Shown: positions 35,544 to 45,633, counted from the first letter of the stretch. The stretch: 64,000 nt of DNA from Betaproteobacteria bacterium (GCA_009377585.1 WHTS01000003.1:10015-74014); one strand, 5' to 3'. Numbers and translations: made by a program. The notes: generated from the letters alone by a model not told the origin.

Positions 35544-35918
35544 TCAGTCCCTATAGAGCAGCGCCACCGGCCACAGCAGCACGGTGACGATCAATGTACA
35601 GACCAGGGGCAAGGCCACGACCTCGCCGTATCCGGTGAACACCAGCCATAGTCCGAACACGACAAGCGCGACCTTTACGGCTTCTGCGCGAAACAACGTT
35701 CGAATCGTCGCGCCCGCGGTGCGCGGCGCACTCAGACTCACAGTGCACGCGTAGGCGATGTTCGCGACGGTGATCAGCGCTCCGCCCAGCGCGGCCGAAA
35801 TGGCCGCGTGCATGCCCCCCAACAAACCCGCGACCGCCGCGCTGATTGCCGTAGCCAGGAGCTGCCAGCAAGCCGCAGCTCGCATCGGTCGGTTTCCCAG
35901 ACGCCCCAACACGGACAT
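35544..35918 (-). CDS. atpI: ATP synthase protein I
   Basis: Track ORF of 124 aa. Small hydrophobic protein at the head of the atp operon. Confidence 0.75.
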   Translation of the reverse strand: MSVLGRLGNRPMRAAACWQLLATAISAAVAGLLGGMHAAISAALGGALITVANIAYACTVSLSAPRTAGATIRTLFRAEAVKVALVVFGLWLVFTGYGEVVALPLVCTLIVTVLLWPVALLYRD

Positions 35919-35934
35919 CCTGAAAAACCTGTGG

Positions 35935-35964
35935 ATTCTAATTGTGCAGGCCGCGCAGAGTCAA
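35935..35964 (-). promoter_or_regulatory. Sigma70-type promoter of the atp operon
   Basis: Minus strand reads TTGACT-N18-TAGAAT, ending 16 nt before the atpI ATG. Confidence 0.5.
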
Positions 35965-35979
35965 TTTGACTGCCGGCAA

Positions 35980-36828
35980 TCAGCTACGCAGCCTTTCGAG
36001 CAGTGCATCCAGATGCTCGAGGCTGCCGTAGCGCACGATCAGCTGGCCCGAACCTTTGCGCCCCGGGCGAATGGCCACGGTCGTGCCGAGCCGATCGGAC
36101 AGCTCCTGCTCGAGCGATTCGAGATCGCGATTGCGGCGCGGCCGCTTCACGCCCGCGGGCGCCGCGAGCGCCGAGCGCACGAGCTGCTCGGTCTGTCGCA
36201 CCGAAAGCCCGCTGACGGCTACGCGATTGGCGATCTCGACTTGCCGCGCGCCTTCAAGCGCCAACAGCGCGCGCGCATGACCCATGTCGATGCGGCCCTC
36301 GCGCAGCAGCGCCTGCACGCTCGCGGCAAGCGAGAGCAACCGCAGCAGATTGGTCGCCTGGCTGCGCGACGAGCCGATTGCCCGGGCCGCTTCGTCGTGC
36401 GTGAGCCCGAACTCGTCCACCAGTCGTTTCAGTCCGCCCGCCTGCTCCAGCGGATTGAGGTCCTCGCGCTGAATGTTCTCGATCAGCGCCATCGCCATCG
36501 CGGCGCGATCGGGAACGTTGCGCACCACCACCGGCACGCGCGCCAGCCCTGCGATGCCGGCCGCGCGCCAGCGCCGCTCGCCGGCCAGGATCTCGAAGCG
36601 ACCCTCGCCCGCAGGCCGAACCACGATCGGCTGAATGACGCCTTGCGAGCGGATCGATTCGGCCAGTTCCTCCAGCGCCGACTGGTCCATGTGCACGCGC
36701 GGCTGGAAGCGCCCCGGCGCCAGCGCATCGAGCGCCAGCTCGCGTGGCGCTTCCATGACCGGCGCCGACTCGCCCCCGGCATTGAGCAATGCATCGAGCC
36801 CGCGGCCCAGACCCCGCATCTTCGCCAT
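35980..36828 (-). CDS. parB: Chromosome partitioning protein ParB
   Basis: Frame of track ORF 35980..37410. ATG 36828 gives MAKMRGLGRGLDALL... ParB box ...ILAGERRWRAA..., ...LIENIQREDLNPLEQA..., and an HTH. Confidence 0.93.
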   Translation of the reverse strand: MAKMRGLGRGLDALLNAGGESAPVMEAPRELALDALAPGRFQPRVHMDQSALEELAESIRSQGVIQPIVVRPAGEGRFEILAGERRWRAAGIAGLARVPVVVRNVPDRAAMAMALIENIQREDLNPLEQAGGLKRLVDEFGLTHDEAARAIGSSRSQATNLLRLLSLAASVQALLREGRIDMGHARALLALEGARQVEIANRVAVSGLSVRQTEQLVRSALAAPAGVKRPRRNRDLESLEQELSDRLGTTVAIRPGRKGSGQLIVRYGSLEHLDALLERLRS

Positions 36829-37613
36829 CAACCCGCCTCCTCGGCGCGCTCGGCACGGGCGAGCATCTCGCCCGCGAGCGCCAGGTAAGCCAGCGCGCCC
36901 TTCGATTTGCGATCCAGGCCCAGCACCGGCACGCCATAGCTGGGCGCCTCGGCGAGGCGCACGTTGCGCGGTACGATCGTGCGATACACCTTGTCGCCGA
37001 AATGGCTCATCAGGTCCTTCGAGACCTGCTGGGCGAGCGTGTTGCGCGGGTCGTACATGGTGCGCAGCAGGCCGTCGATTTCGAGCCTCGGGTTGAGATG
37101 CTCGCGCACCCGCTTGATCGTCTCCACCAGATCGCTCAGCCCTTCGAGCGCGTAGTATTCGCATTGCATGGGAATCATGACCGCGTCGGCCGCGACCAGG
37201 GCGTTGACGGTGAGCAGGTTCAGAGCCGGCGGGCAATCGAGCAGGACGAAGTCGTAGCGCTCGACGCACTCGCGCAACGCGTCTCGCAGGCGCGTCTCCC
37301 GCTGCCCCATGGCCACCAGCTCGACCTCGGCGCCGGCCAGCTCGCGATTGGCCGAGATGAGATCGTAGCCGCCCTGCGCGGAGCGCAGGATGGCGTCGCC
37401 CGCGCGGCATTGTTCGATGAGTATGGCATAGACGGTCGGTGCGATCTTGCGCTTGTCGATGCCGCTACCCATGGTGGCATTGCCCTGCGGATCGAGATCG
37501 ACCAGCAGTACGCGACGTTTGGCTGCGGCAAGACTGGCGGCGAGGTTGACGGTCGTGGTGGTCTTGCCCACACCGCCCTTCTGGTTCACCACCGCGAGAA
37601 CGCGCGCAGCCAT
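36828..37613 (-). CDS. parA: Chromosome partitioning ATPase ParA
   Basis: Track ORF of 261 aa with the deviant Walker A ...VVNQKGGVGKTTTTVNLA... Confidence 0.95.
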   Translation of the reverse strand: MAARVLAVVNQKGGVGKTTTTVNLAASLAAAKRRVLLVDLDPQGNATMGSGIDKRKIAPTVYAILIEQCRAGDAILRSAQGGYDLISANRELAGAEVELVAMGQRETRLRDALRECVERYDFVLLDCPPALNLLTVNALVAADAVMIPMQCEYYALEGLSDLVETIKRVREHLNPRLEIDGLLRTMYDPRNTLAQQVSKDLMSHFGDKVYRTIVPRNVRLAEAPSYGVPVLGLDRKSKGALAYLALAGEMLARAERAEEAG

Positions 37614-38233
37614 TATGCTTTTGTCATGACGACTAGATGACGCTGTGCGTCGAGCCCTGGAACGGCGAGGGCGACGACCTCTTTGAGCGCAACCTCGGGC
37701 GCAAGCTGCGCCAGCTCCTCATGGGGATAGAGACCTTTCATGGCGAGCATCGTCCCGCCCTGCGCAACGAGCGGCAAGGCGACACGCGCGAAGTGGGCGG
37801 TATCGGAGAAAGCGCGCGAGACGACGCTCGTGAAAGGCTCGGCCGGCCGATACGACTCGACCCGCTCGCATGCCACCTCGACATTGTTCAGTCGCAGCTC
37901 GATCGCCGCCTGCTGCAAAAAACTGCAGCGCTTGTGGCTGCTGTCGAGCAGGACGATCCGCCATGCGGGCCGGGCAATGGCCAAAGGTACGCCCGGCAAA
38001 CCGGCGCCGGTGCCCACATCGAGCACGCGCGGTGCCACCACATGCGGCATGATCGCCAGGCTATCGAGCACGTGCTCGACCACCGTGCGCTGCGGATCGC
38101 GGATGGCTGTCAGGTTGTAGACCTGGTTCCACTTCGTGATCAGTTCCAGATAGGCAAGGAGCGTCTGGGCGGCGCCGTCCGGCAACTCGATGCCCAACTG
38201 GGTAACACCGCTCGCTAGCGTCTCGGCGCTCAT
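37613..38233 (-). CDS. rsmG: 16S rRNA m7G527 methyltransferase
   Basis: Track ORF of 206 aa with ...KWNQVYNLTAIRDP... and ...VLDVGTGAGLPGVPLAI... Confidence 0.92.
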   Translation of the reverse strand: MSAETLASGVTQLGIELPDGAAQTLLAYLELITKWNQVYNLTAIRDPQRTVVEHVLDSLAIMPHVVAPRVLDVGTGAGLPGVPLAIARPAWRIVLLDSSHKRCSFLQQAAIELRLNNVEVACERVESYRPAEPFTSVVSRAFSDTAHFARVALPLVAQGGTMLAMKGLYPHEELAQLAPEVALKEVVALAVPGLDAQRHLVVMTKA

Positions 38234-40122
38234 CAGGCGCTTTGCCGCGCGGGCGAGGCCATTCGCTTCAAATGCACGAGCAGCAGGGAAATCGCAGCCG
38301 GGGTTACCCCTGAAATGCGGGCCGCCTGCCCGAGGGTCTCCGGGCGCTGGCGCGCGAGCTGCTGGCGCACTTCGTTGGAAAGCCCGCTAACCGCCAGGTA
38401 GTCGATGTCCGGCGGCAGGCGCCACGACTCGTAGCGCTCGTTGCGCGCCACCTGCTCACGCTGGCGCTCGATGTAGCCGCTGTACTTGACCTGGACTTCG
38501 ACCTGCTCGGCGACCGCCGGATCGGCCACTCCCTCGAGCTTCGCAGCATCCACCACATCTCGATATTTAACGCCTGGTCGCTTGAGGAGATCGCTCAGGA
38601 GAAGGTCTCGCGCGGGCCCTTCCGGGAATAACCGGGCCTGCTGCTCGGCCGCCAGCGCGCGCGCATCGAGGCGGCTTGCGCGCAAGCGTTCGAGCTCGCT
38701 GTCGATGGCCGCGCGCTTGCGCTGAAAGCAATCCCACCGATGATTGTCGACCACGCCCAGCTGCCGGCCCGTTTCCGTCAGGCGCAAATCCGCATTGTCT
38801 TCGCGCAAGCTCAGGCGAAATTCCGCCCGGCTGGTGAACATTCGATAGGGTTCGCTGACGCCACGGGTGATCAGGTCGTCCACCAGCACGCCGAGATACG
38901 CCTCGTTGCGCCGCGGGCACCAGTCTTCTTCGCCACGGACACGACGGCCAGCGTTGATGCCGGCGAGCAGCCCTTGCGCAGCCGCTTCCTCGTAGCCGGT
39001 CGTCCCATTGATCTGGCCGGCGAAGAACAGGCCCTGAATCGCTTTCGATTCCAGCGTCGACTTGAGCGCGCGCGGATCGAAATAATCGTACTCGATGGCG
39101 TAGCCGGGCCGCAGGATATGTGCGTTCTCCAGCCCGCGGATAGTGCGCACCGCGGCGATCTGCACATCGAACGGGAGGCTCGTGGAGATCCCGTTCGGAT
39201 AGTACTCGTGCGTGCTCAAACCCTCGGGCTCGAGGAAAATCTGATGCGAAGCCTTGTCGGCAAAGCGCACCACCTTGTCCTCGATGGACGGGCAATAGCG
39301 CGGTCCCACGCCCTGGATTACGCCGGTGAACATCGGCGAGCGATCCAGGCCGCTGCGGATGATGTGGTGCGTCGCCTCGTTGGTGGAAGTGGTCCAGCAG
39401 GGCCGCTGCTCGGGGTGCTGTTCGCGACGACCCAGGAACGAGAACACCGGCGTCGGTTCGTCGCCGGGCTGGCGCTGCATGACCGAGAAGTCGATGCTGC
39501 GCCCGTCGATGCGGGGCGGCGTGCCGGTCTTGAGGCGGCCGACCGGTAGGTTCAGCTCGCGCAGGCGCTCGGACAAGCGCACGGCCGCGGGGTCGCCTGC
39601 CCGGCCCGCGGCGTAGTTTTCCAGGCCGACGTGGACGCGGCCGGCCAGGAAGGTACCGGCGGTAAGCACGACGGTTGGCGCCGAAAAGCGGATGCCCAAT
39701 TGCGTGATGACGCCGGCCACGCGATCGCCGTCGAGAACGAGGTCGTCGACCGATTGCTGAAACAGCGAGAGTTCCGGCTGATTCTCCAGCCGGCCGCGTA
39801 TCGCGCGACGGTAAAGCACACGATCGGCTTGGGCACGCGTTGCACGCACCGCCGGTCCTTTGCTCGCATTCAGGATGCGGAACTGGATTCCGGCCTCGTC
39901 GGCGGCCGCTGCCATGGCGCCTCCGAGGGCGTCGATCTCCTTGACCAGATGCCCCTTCCCGATCCCGCCGATCGACGGGTTGCAGGACATTTGTCCGAGG
40001 GTGTCCAGATTATGCGTGAGGAGCAGCGTCGCGCAGCCCATGCGGGCAGACGCGAGCGCGGCCTCGGTTCCTGCGTGCCCCCCGCCGACGACAATCACGT
40101 CGAACTGCCTGTTGAAATCCAT
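38233..40122 (-). CDS. mnmG: tRNA U34 5-carboxymethylaminomethyl modification enzyme MnmG
   Basis: Frame of track ORF 38233..40170. ATG 40122 gives [24 protein letters not shown]... Confidence 0.95.
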   Translation of the reverse strand: MDFNRQFDVIVVGGGHAGTEAALASARMGCATLLLTHNLDTLGQMSCNPSIGGIGKGHLVKEIDALGGAMAAAADEAGIQFRILNASKGPAVRATRAQADRVLYRRAIRGRLENQPELSLFQQSVDDLVLDGDRVAGVITQLGIRFSAPTVVLTAGTFLAGRVHVGLENYAAGRAGDPAAVRLSERLRELNLPVGRLKTGTPPRIDGRSIDFSVMQRQPGDEPTPVFSFLGRREQHPEQRPCWTTSTNEATHHIIRSGLDRSPMFTGVIQGVGPRYCPSIEDKVVRFADKASHQIFLEPEGLSTHEYYPNGISTSLPFDVQIAAVRTIRGLENAHILRPGYAIEYDYFDPRALKSTLESKAIQGLFFAGQINGTTGYEEAAAQGLLAGINAGRRVRGEEDWCPRRNEAYLGVLVDDLITRGVSEPYRMFTSRAEFRLSLREDNADLRLTETGRQLGVVDNHRWDCFQRKRAAIDSELERLRASRLDARALAAEQQARLFPEGPARDLLLSDLLKRPGVKYRDVVDAAKLEGVADPAVAEQVEVQVKYSGYIERQREQVARNERYESWRLPPDIDYLAVSGLSNEVRQQLARQRPETLGQAARISGVTPAAISLLLVHLKRMASPARQSA

Positions 40123-40175
40123 GGTGCCCGCTCTCTGATGTGACGCAATGATAAACGAGCGGCGTTTCAATCGGA

Positions 40176-40191
40176 CGTTTCACGTGAAACA
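40176..40191. other. parS: parS centromere-like ParB binding site (15/16 match to TGTTTCACGTGAAACA)
   Basis: cGTTTCACGTGAAACA. The 14-bp core is a perfect palindrome. About 3.3 kb from parB and 4 kb from dnaA. Confidence 0.85.
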
Positions 40192-40213
40192 GAAACGGTG
40201 GCGTACGGTGCAT

Positions 40214-40229
40214 GGTTTCACGTGAAACA
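40214..40229. other. parS: Second parS site (15/16 match)
   Basis: gGTTTCACGTGAAACA, with the same 14-bp core, 38 bp centre-to-centre from the first site. Confidence 0.85.
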
Positions 40230-40337
40230 TCGCCGGCTGATGGCCGAGCCGGACCAGCAATCGGGCTCACCTTCGCGCACCAGCTCCCTCGCCGGGCGCC
40301 AGGTCGAACTCGAAGAGTCGCTTCTTGGGAATCCCTC

Positions 40338-41669
40338 TTATTTCCCGATGCAGAAGCGGGAAAAGATCTCGCCCAGGAGGTCGTCCGCCACCTGCTCGCC
40401 CGTGATCCGGGATAAGGCCGTCTGCGCCAAGCGCAACTCCTCGGCCGCGAATTCGGGGATGTCCAGTCTCGCTTCGGCCTGCGCTACGTGCGCGCCCGCC
40501 GTGCCTAGCGCCTCGAGATGACGTTGCCGCGCGATGAAGGTTCCTTCTGCGAGCGCCTCGGCACCCGCGGCCCGGACGATGACCGCTTTCAGCAGCTCGA
40601 TTCCCGACCCGAGCTTGGCCGAAATCCAGACGTGTTCCTCGCCCGCAACGGTTTCCGCTCGCGAGTCGACCTGGGCCAAATCAATCTTGTTGTGCACATG
40701 AATCAGCTGCCCGTTCGTTTGTTCTCCACTGTCCGTAGTCATTGGAGACTCCGCCGTGCCATCCATGATGCGCAGCACAAGGTCCGCCTGACGCGCCGCG
40801 GCACGGGCGCGTTCCACGCCGATTTTCTCGACGGGATCTTCTGTGGTGCGCAATCCGGCCGTATCGACCAAGTGCACCGGAATGCCGTCCAACGCGATGG
40901 TGGCCCGCAACAGGTCCCGCGTGGTACCGGGCACGGGCGTGACAATGGCTACTTCCTCTCCAGATAATCGATTGATTATGCTGGATTTACCGACGTTCGG
41001 CGGGCCGATCAACGCAACCGTCACCCCGTCCCGCAACAGGCTGCCTTGCTGCGCCGCGCGCACAATCCTGGCAAATTCCTGCCGCAATGCCGCAAGCCGT
41101 CCAACCGCACCCATCTCGCTCAGCAGGTTGAGCTCTTCCTCGGGGAAATCGAAACTCGCTTCGAATGCCACGCGTATTTCGAGCAGCGCTTGCTGCAATG
41201 CAGCAACGCGCTCCGACAGCTCTCCGGAGAGCGACCGGACCGCGCTAAGGGCCGCCCGGGCCGTGGCGGCATCGATCAGATCGGCGACCGCCTCGGCCTG
41301 CGCGAGGTCGATCTTGTCGTTCAGGAATGCGCGCCGCGTGAACTCGCCAGGCTCGGCCAGGCGGGCGCCGAGCTCGAGGCAGCGCTCGAGCACGAGCGAA
41401 AGTACGACCGGGCCGCCGTGGCCTTGCAGCTCGAGCACGTCGTCGCCGGTGTACGAGGCCGGAGCGGGGAAGTAGAGCGCGAGGCCGCGATCGAGGGCCG
41501 CACCCGTGCCGTCCCGAAAGTCCGCCAGGTGCGCTGTGCGAGGCCGCAACGCCGAGCCGACGATGCCGGCGGCGATCGCCGGGACAGCCGGTCCAGACAC
41601 GCGCACCACCCCGATCGCGCCCCGGCCTGCGGGTGTTGCTACTGCGGCGATCGTGTCATCGGCGCCCAT
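40338..41669 (-). CDS. mnmE: tRNA modification GTPase MnmE
   Basis: Track ORF of 443 aa. ...TIAAVATPAGRGAIGVVRVSG..., G1 GPPNVGKSS, and the C-terminal CIGK motif. Confidence 0.95.
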   Translation of the reverse strand: MGADDTIAAVATPAGRGAIGVVRVSGPAVPAIAAGIVGSALRPRTAHLADFRDGTGAALDRGLALYFPAPASYTGDDVLELQGHGGPVVLSLVLERCLELGARLAEPGEFTRRAFLNDKIDLAQAEAVADLIDAATARAALSAVRSLSGELSERVAALQQALLEIRVAFEASFDFPEEELNLLSEMGAVGRLAALRQEFARIVRAAQQGSLLRDGVTVALIGPPNVGKSSIINRLSGEEVAIVTPVPGTTRDLLRATIALDGIPVHLVDTAGLRTTEDPVEKIGVERARAAARQADLVLRIMDGTAESPMTTDSGEQTNGQLIHVHNKIDLAQVDSRAETVAGEEHVWISAKLGSGIELLKAVIVRAAGAEALAEGTFIARQRHLEALGTAGAHVAQAEARLDIPEFAAEELRLAQTALSRITGEQVADDLLGEIFSRFCIGK

Positions 41670-43323
41670 GGGCCGGTGCCGCGTGCTGCTCCATGCTCCG
41701 GGTGATGTGCCATTGCTGCGCGATCGACAGGATGTTGTTGACCAGCCAGTAGAGCACCAGCCCGGCGGGGAAGAAGAAGAAGAACACGCTGAACGCGATT
41801 GGCATGATCTTCATGATCTTGGCCTGCACCGGGTCCGGCGGCTCGGGGTTGAGGCGGGTTTGAATGATCATGGTCGCGCCCATCAGCACCGGCAGGATGA
41901 AGTACGGATCGGGAGCGGCCAGATCCTTGATCCAGAGCATGAACGGCGCCTGGCGCAGCTCGAAGCTCGCGAGCAGCACCCAGTAAAGGGAGATGAACAC
42001 CGGGATCTGGACCAGGATGGGCAGACAGCCGCCCAGCGGATTGATCTTCTCGGTCTTGTACAGTTCCATCATCGCCTGCTGCATGCGTTGACGATCGTCG
42101 CCGTATTGCTCCTTCAGCCGCTGCATCTTCGGCGCCAGCACGCGCATGCGCGCCATCGACTTGTAGCTCGCCGCCGACAAGGGATAGAACAGGAGCTTGA
42201 TCAGAACCGTAAGCAGGATGATCGCCACGCCCCAGTTTCCGACCCAGCGGTGCAAGGTCTTGAGCACCCAGAACAGCGGCGCCGCGATGACCGTCAGCCA
42301 GCCGTAGTCGACGGTGAGGTCGAGCCCGGGGGCGATGGTGGCGAGCTTGTCCTGATCCTGCGGGCCCGCATACAGCGTGACCTGCTGCGTGGCCGAGGCG
42401 CCGGGCTCGATCCGGCTCAACGGCAGGATCACGCCCGCCGAATAGAGATTGTCGCCGAGACGCCGGGTGAAGAACTCGCGCGAGACGTTCTCGGGCGGAA
42501 TCCAGGCGGTCACGAAATAATGCTGTACCAGTCCGATCCAGCCGTCGGCGGCGGTGTGGGTATGGGACGTCTTGCCTTTCTCGATGTCATCGAAGGCGAC
42601 TTTCTGAAACTTCTCCGTGTCCGTATAGACGGCGACCCCCGTGTAGGTCGGCATCATCATCGAATCGCCCTCGGGCGGATTCCCGTCGCGCGCGACCTGG
42701 TAATACGCATACGGCTGCAAGGGGGTGGCGGTCGTGTTCTGAATTTCTTGCCGTACGCCGATCGTGTAGTTGCCGCGCTCGAAGACGAACACCTTGGCCA
42801 CCTTGGCGCCCTCTTCGCCTTGGGCCTCGAAGCGCACTTCCAGACGTTTCTGCCCCTCGCCGAGTTTGTATTCCTTGGCGGAAGCGACGAAGCGCGTATT
42901 GTGATTGGGGAGCCCCTCGCCGATCAGCCCGGACTGGGCCACATAGATACGACCGGGCTCGCGTTCGAGCAGCACGAAGTTCTTGCTCGTATCGACCGTC
43001 CCGCGATGCTGCTTCAGTTCCGCCCGCGTGATCGTCGCGCCGACGCTATCGATCTCGATGCTGAAGACATCGGTTTCGACGCGAACGACCTCGCCGCTGG
43101 TCTGCTTGGGAAGCTGCGGTGCCGTGATGGCCGCGGTGGTGGGCGGCTCGAGCTTGGTGGTCGGAGCCGGCGTCGTGGCAGGCGGTGCTTGCGGGGAGTC
43201 GGGCGCTTTCTTCTCGGCTGTGGCGGGCAGGCTCGGACCACGCGTGTCCCGCTGCCATGCTTCGAACAGCATGAACAACGAGAAAAAGAAAATCATCGCG
43301 AGAATCAGGCGTTGGGTATCCAT
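41656..43323 (-). CDS. yidC: Membrane protein insertase YidC
   Basis: Track ORF of 555 aa. N-terminal TM, a large periplasmic domain, and C-terminal conserved TMs (...GGCLPILVQIPVFISLYW...). Confidence 0.95.
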   Translation of the reverse strand: MDTQRLILAMIFFFSLFMLFEAWQRDTRGPSLPATAEKKAPDSPQAPPATTPAPTTKLEPPTTAAITAPQLPKQTSGEVVRVETDVFSIEIDSVGATITRAELKQHRGTVDTSKNFVLLEREPGRIYVAQSGLIGEGLPNHNTRFVASAKEYKLGEGQKRLEVRFEAQGEEGAKVAKVFVFERGNYTIGVRQEIQNTTATPLQPYAYYQVARDGNPPEGDSMMMPTYTGVAVYTDTEKFQKVAFDDIEKGKTSHTHTAADGWIGLVQHYFVTAWIPPENVSREFFTRRLGDNLYSAGVILPLSRIEPGASATQQVTLYAGPQDQDKLATIAPGLDLTVDYGWLTVIAAPLFWVLKTLHRWVGNWGVAIILLTVLIKLLFYPLSAASYKSMARMRVLAPKMQRLKEQYGDDRQRMQQAMMELYKTEKINPLGGCLPILVQIPVFISLYWVLLASFELRQAPFMLWIKDLAAPDPYFILPVLMGATMIIQTRLNPEPPDPVQAKIMKIMPIAFSVFFFFFPAGLVLYWLVNNILSIAQQWHITRSMEQHAAPAHGRR

Positions 43324-43335
43324 GTCGTCTTCTGT

Positions 43336-43545
43336 TCAGGGCACCGGATCGTGTCCGCCGCAGTGCCAGGGATTGCATCGGAGCACGCGCTTGAGCGCGA
43401 GCCAAACGCCGCGCAGCGACCCATGGCGCGAGACGGCCTCGAGCGCATACTCCGAGCACGAAGGATGAAAACGGCACGAGGGCCCGAACAGCGGACTCAG
43501 CGCATATCGATACGCCTGGATCAACGCCACAATGAGCCTGCTCAT
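43336..43545 (-). CDS. yidD: Membrane protein insertion efficiency factor YidD
   Basis: Track ORF of 69 aa with ...YRYALSPLFGPSCRFHPSCSEYALEAV... Confidence 0.9.
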   Translation of the reverse strand: MSRLIVALIQAYRYALSPLFGPSCRFHPSCSEYALEAVSRHGSLRGVWLALKRVLRCNPWHCGGHDPVP

Positions 43546-43889
43546 CGCCGTGCCGCCTGCGCCAACAACCGCTCGAGCTCCTGTCGTGCAGCCTGCAGCG
43601 ATCGGCTGCGATAGGGCTGAACCAGGGAAACGAGAAAATCGCTCGGGACGAACGCCGCGCGCCGCTGGCGAAATACTTCCCGTACGCAGCGGCGTATCCT
43701 GTTGCGTGCCACGGCGCTTTTCATGACCTTCTTGGCGACGCGCACTGCAAGACGCGACTCGCCGAGGCCGTTTGCCATGGCTGCCGCGACGAACCAGTGT
43801 CCTCGCGCCCGCCCGGCTCGCTGCAATGGCCGCAGGCTGATCTCATCGCGAATGCGCGCTGCACGAGGCAGGCGCAGCCTGGAGCTCAC
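43542..43889 (-). CDS. rnpA: RNase P protein component
   Basis: Frame of track ORF 43542..44069. ...[29 protein letters not shown]... is the RNR motif. GTG 43889 overlaps the rpmH stop (GTGA) and gives 115 aa. The start assignment is an inference. Confidence 0.85.
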   Translation of the reverse strand: MSSRLRLPRAARIRDEISLRPLQRAGRARGHWFVAAAMANGLGESRLAVRVAKKVMKSAVARNRIRRCVREVFRQRRAAFVPSDFLVSLVQPYRSRSLQAARQELERLLAQAARR

Positions 43890-44020
43890 ACAGCGAGGCG
43901 CGCGCGACCCTTGGCTCGCCGTGCCCGCAGAACCGCACGCCCACCACGCGTCTTCAAGCGAGCGCGAAATCCATGCGTACGGCTTCGGCGTGTCTTGGAA
44001 GGCTGGTAGGTGCGTTTCAT
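43886..44020 (-). CDS. rpmH: 50S ribosomal protein L34
   Basis: Own translation (too short for the ORF track): [44 protein letters not shown]. Confidence 0.95.
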   Translation of the reverse strand: MKRTYQPSKTRRSRTHGFRARLKTRGGRAVLRARRAKGRARLAV

Positions 44021-44139
44021 TTGCCGTCACTCCGGAAGACTCGAAAAAGCTTTGTATTAGACATTCCACGTCGCAGCACTGTCAATCGTGAAAGGTTGCC
44101 CGCGCCATGCGGCCCAGCGCATCGCAGGCGCTCGCCGAT

Positions 44140-44148
44140 TGTGGATAA
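44140..44148 (-). promoter_or_regulatory. Perfect DnaA box (TGTGGATAA on the + strand) in the rpmH-dnaA spacer
   Basis: 9/9 match to the reverse complement of TTATCCACA, 90 nt upstream of the dnaA ATG. Confidence 0.7.
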
Positions 44149-44237
44149 GCGTCGATGAAAGGCGGTAAAATGCGAAGCCGTACGCCAATCAATCGGCCAC
44201 CAGAGCCGTGCCTTCCACGAGACTGTCCCTATCCCCC

Positions 44238-45578
44238 ATGAGCAGCTTCTGGCGTTCCTGCCTCGAATATTTTCAGCGCGAACTGACTCCGCAGGAATTC
44301 ACCGCCTGGATCAAACCGATCCGGTGCAGCCGCAACGACAATATCGTGCTGCTCGAAGTCCCGAACCGGCTCGCGCTGCGCTGGATCAAGGACACCTACC
44401 TCGCACGCGTGCAACACCTCGCCGACGAGCACTTCGATACGCCCATGAACATCGCGATCGAGTTGCTGCCGCGGCAGAACAACGCCGTGCACGATCATGC
44501 CGTCGGCAACGCTCCCCGGGTCGACGCAGCAGCGGTGCGTCCGCAGCCCATTGCCGATCCTTCCCGGCTCAATCCGGCCTACACCTTCGAGACGTTCGTC
44601 ACCGGGCGAGCGAACCAGCTTGCGCGCGCCGCTGCCATTCAGGTCGCCGACAGCCCCGGCAGCTCGTACAATCCCCTGTTCATCTACGGCGGCGTAGGGC
44701 TCGGCAAGACGCACCTCTTACATGCGATCGGCAACCTCCTGCGTGAGCGCACCACGAACGCCAAGATTCGCTACCTGCACGCCGAGCAGTACGTCTCCGA
44801 CCTGGTGCGCGCCGTGCAGCATCGTTCGTTCGATCAGTTCAAGCGTTACTACCAGTCGCTCGATCTGCTCCTCATCGACGACATCCAGTTCTTCGCCGAC
44901 AAGGATCGAACGCAGGAAGAGTTCTTCTACACCTTCAACGCTCTGCTCGAGTCGCGCCGCCAGATCGTGATCACGTGCGATTCGTTCCCGAAGGAAATCA
45001 CGGGCATGGAGGACCGCCTCAAGACCCGCTTTGGCTGGGGCCTCACGGTCGCGGTCGAGCCGCCGGACCTTGAGATGCGTGTCGCGATCCTGCTGAAGAA
45101 GGCCGAGCTCGAAGGCGCGGGCCTCGATCAGCCCGTTGCCTTCTTCATCGCGCAGCAGGTGCAGTCCAACGTGCGCGAGCTCGAGGGCGCGCTCAAGCGC
45201 GTGCTCGCATTCTGCCGATTCTCGGGCCAGCACCTCGGCGTCGATACGTGCAAGGAAGCCCTGCGCGACCTGATCGCCGTGCAGAGCCGGCAGGTAACCA
45301 TCGACAACATCCAGCGCACCGTCGCCGAGTACTACAAGATCAAGGTCTCGGAGATGTACTCGAAGAAGCGCAGCCGTACGATCGCACGTCCGCGCCAGAT
45401 CGCGATGGCGCTGGCAAAGGAGCTCACGCCCTTGAGCCTGCCGGACATCGGCGACGCGTTCGGCGGCCGTGATCACACCACCGTACTGCACGCGTGCCGC
45501 AAGGTGAAGGAGCTGCGTGGCACCAATTCCGACATCACGCGCGACTTTAATTCGTTGCTGCAGGTGCTGAGAAACTGA
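44238..45578 (+). CDS. dnaA: Chromosomal replication initiator DnaA
   Basis: Frame of track ORF 44208..45578. ATG 44238 gives MSSFWRSCLEYFQRELTPQEF... AAA+ motif ...IYGGVGLGKTHLLHAIGN..., and a C-terminal DNA-binding domain ...FGGRDHTTVLHA... Confidence 0.96.
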   Translation: MSSFWRSCLEYFQRELTPQEFTAWIKPIRCSRNDNIVLLEVPNRLALRWIKDTYLARVQHLADEHFDTPMNIAIELLPRQNNAVHDHAVGNAPRVDAAAVRPQPIADPSRLNPAYTFETFVTGRANQLARAAAIQVADSPGSSYNPLFIYGGVGLGKTHLLHAIGNLLRERTTNAKIRYLHAEQYVSDLVRAVQHRSFDQFKRYYQSLDLLLIDDIQFFADKDRTQEEFFYTFNALLESRRQIVITCDSFPKEITGMEDRLKTRFGWGLTVAVEPPDLEMRVAILLKKAELEGAGLDQPVAFFIAQQVQSNVRELEGALKRVLAFCRFSGQHLGVDTCKEALRDLIAVQSRQVTIDNIQRTVAEYYKIKVSEMYSKKRSRTIARPRQIAMALAKELTPLSLPDIGDAFGGRDHTTVLHACRKVKELRGTNSDITRDFNSLLQVLRN

Positions 45579-45600
45579 CGATGCGCTTTCCGGTACGAAA

Positions 45601-45609
45601 TGTGGATAA
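45601..45609 (-). promoter_or_regulatory. Perfect DnaA box (TGTGGATAA) in the dnaA-dnaN spacer
   Basis: 9/9 match, 23 nt after the dnaA stop. A 7/9 box (ATTGGATAA) lies at 45763-45771. Confidence 0.7.
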
Positions 45610-45633
45610 GCAGGCCTGCGCGCGGATTCGGCA

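Noticed and set aside
35930-35938. DnaA-box-like TGTGGATTC overlapping the atp promoter
   Set aside because: It has two mismatches at positions that matter (7/9). It overlaps the -10/+1 region by construction of the TAGAAT hexamer, so there is no independent support.
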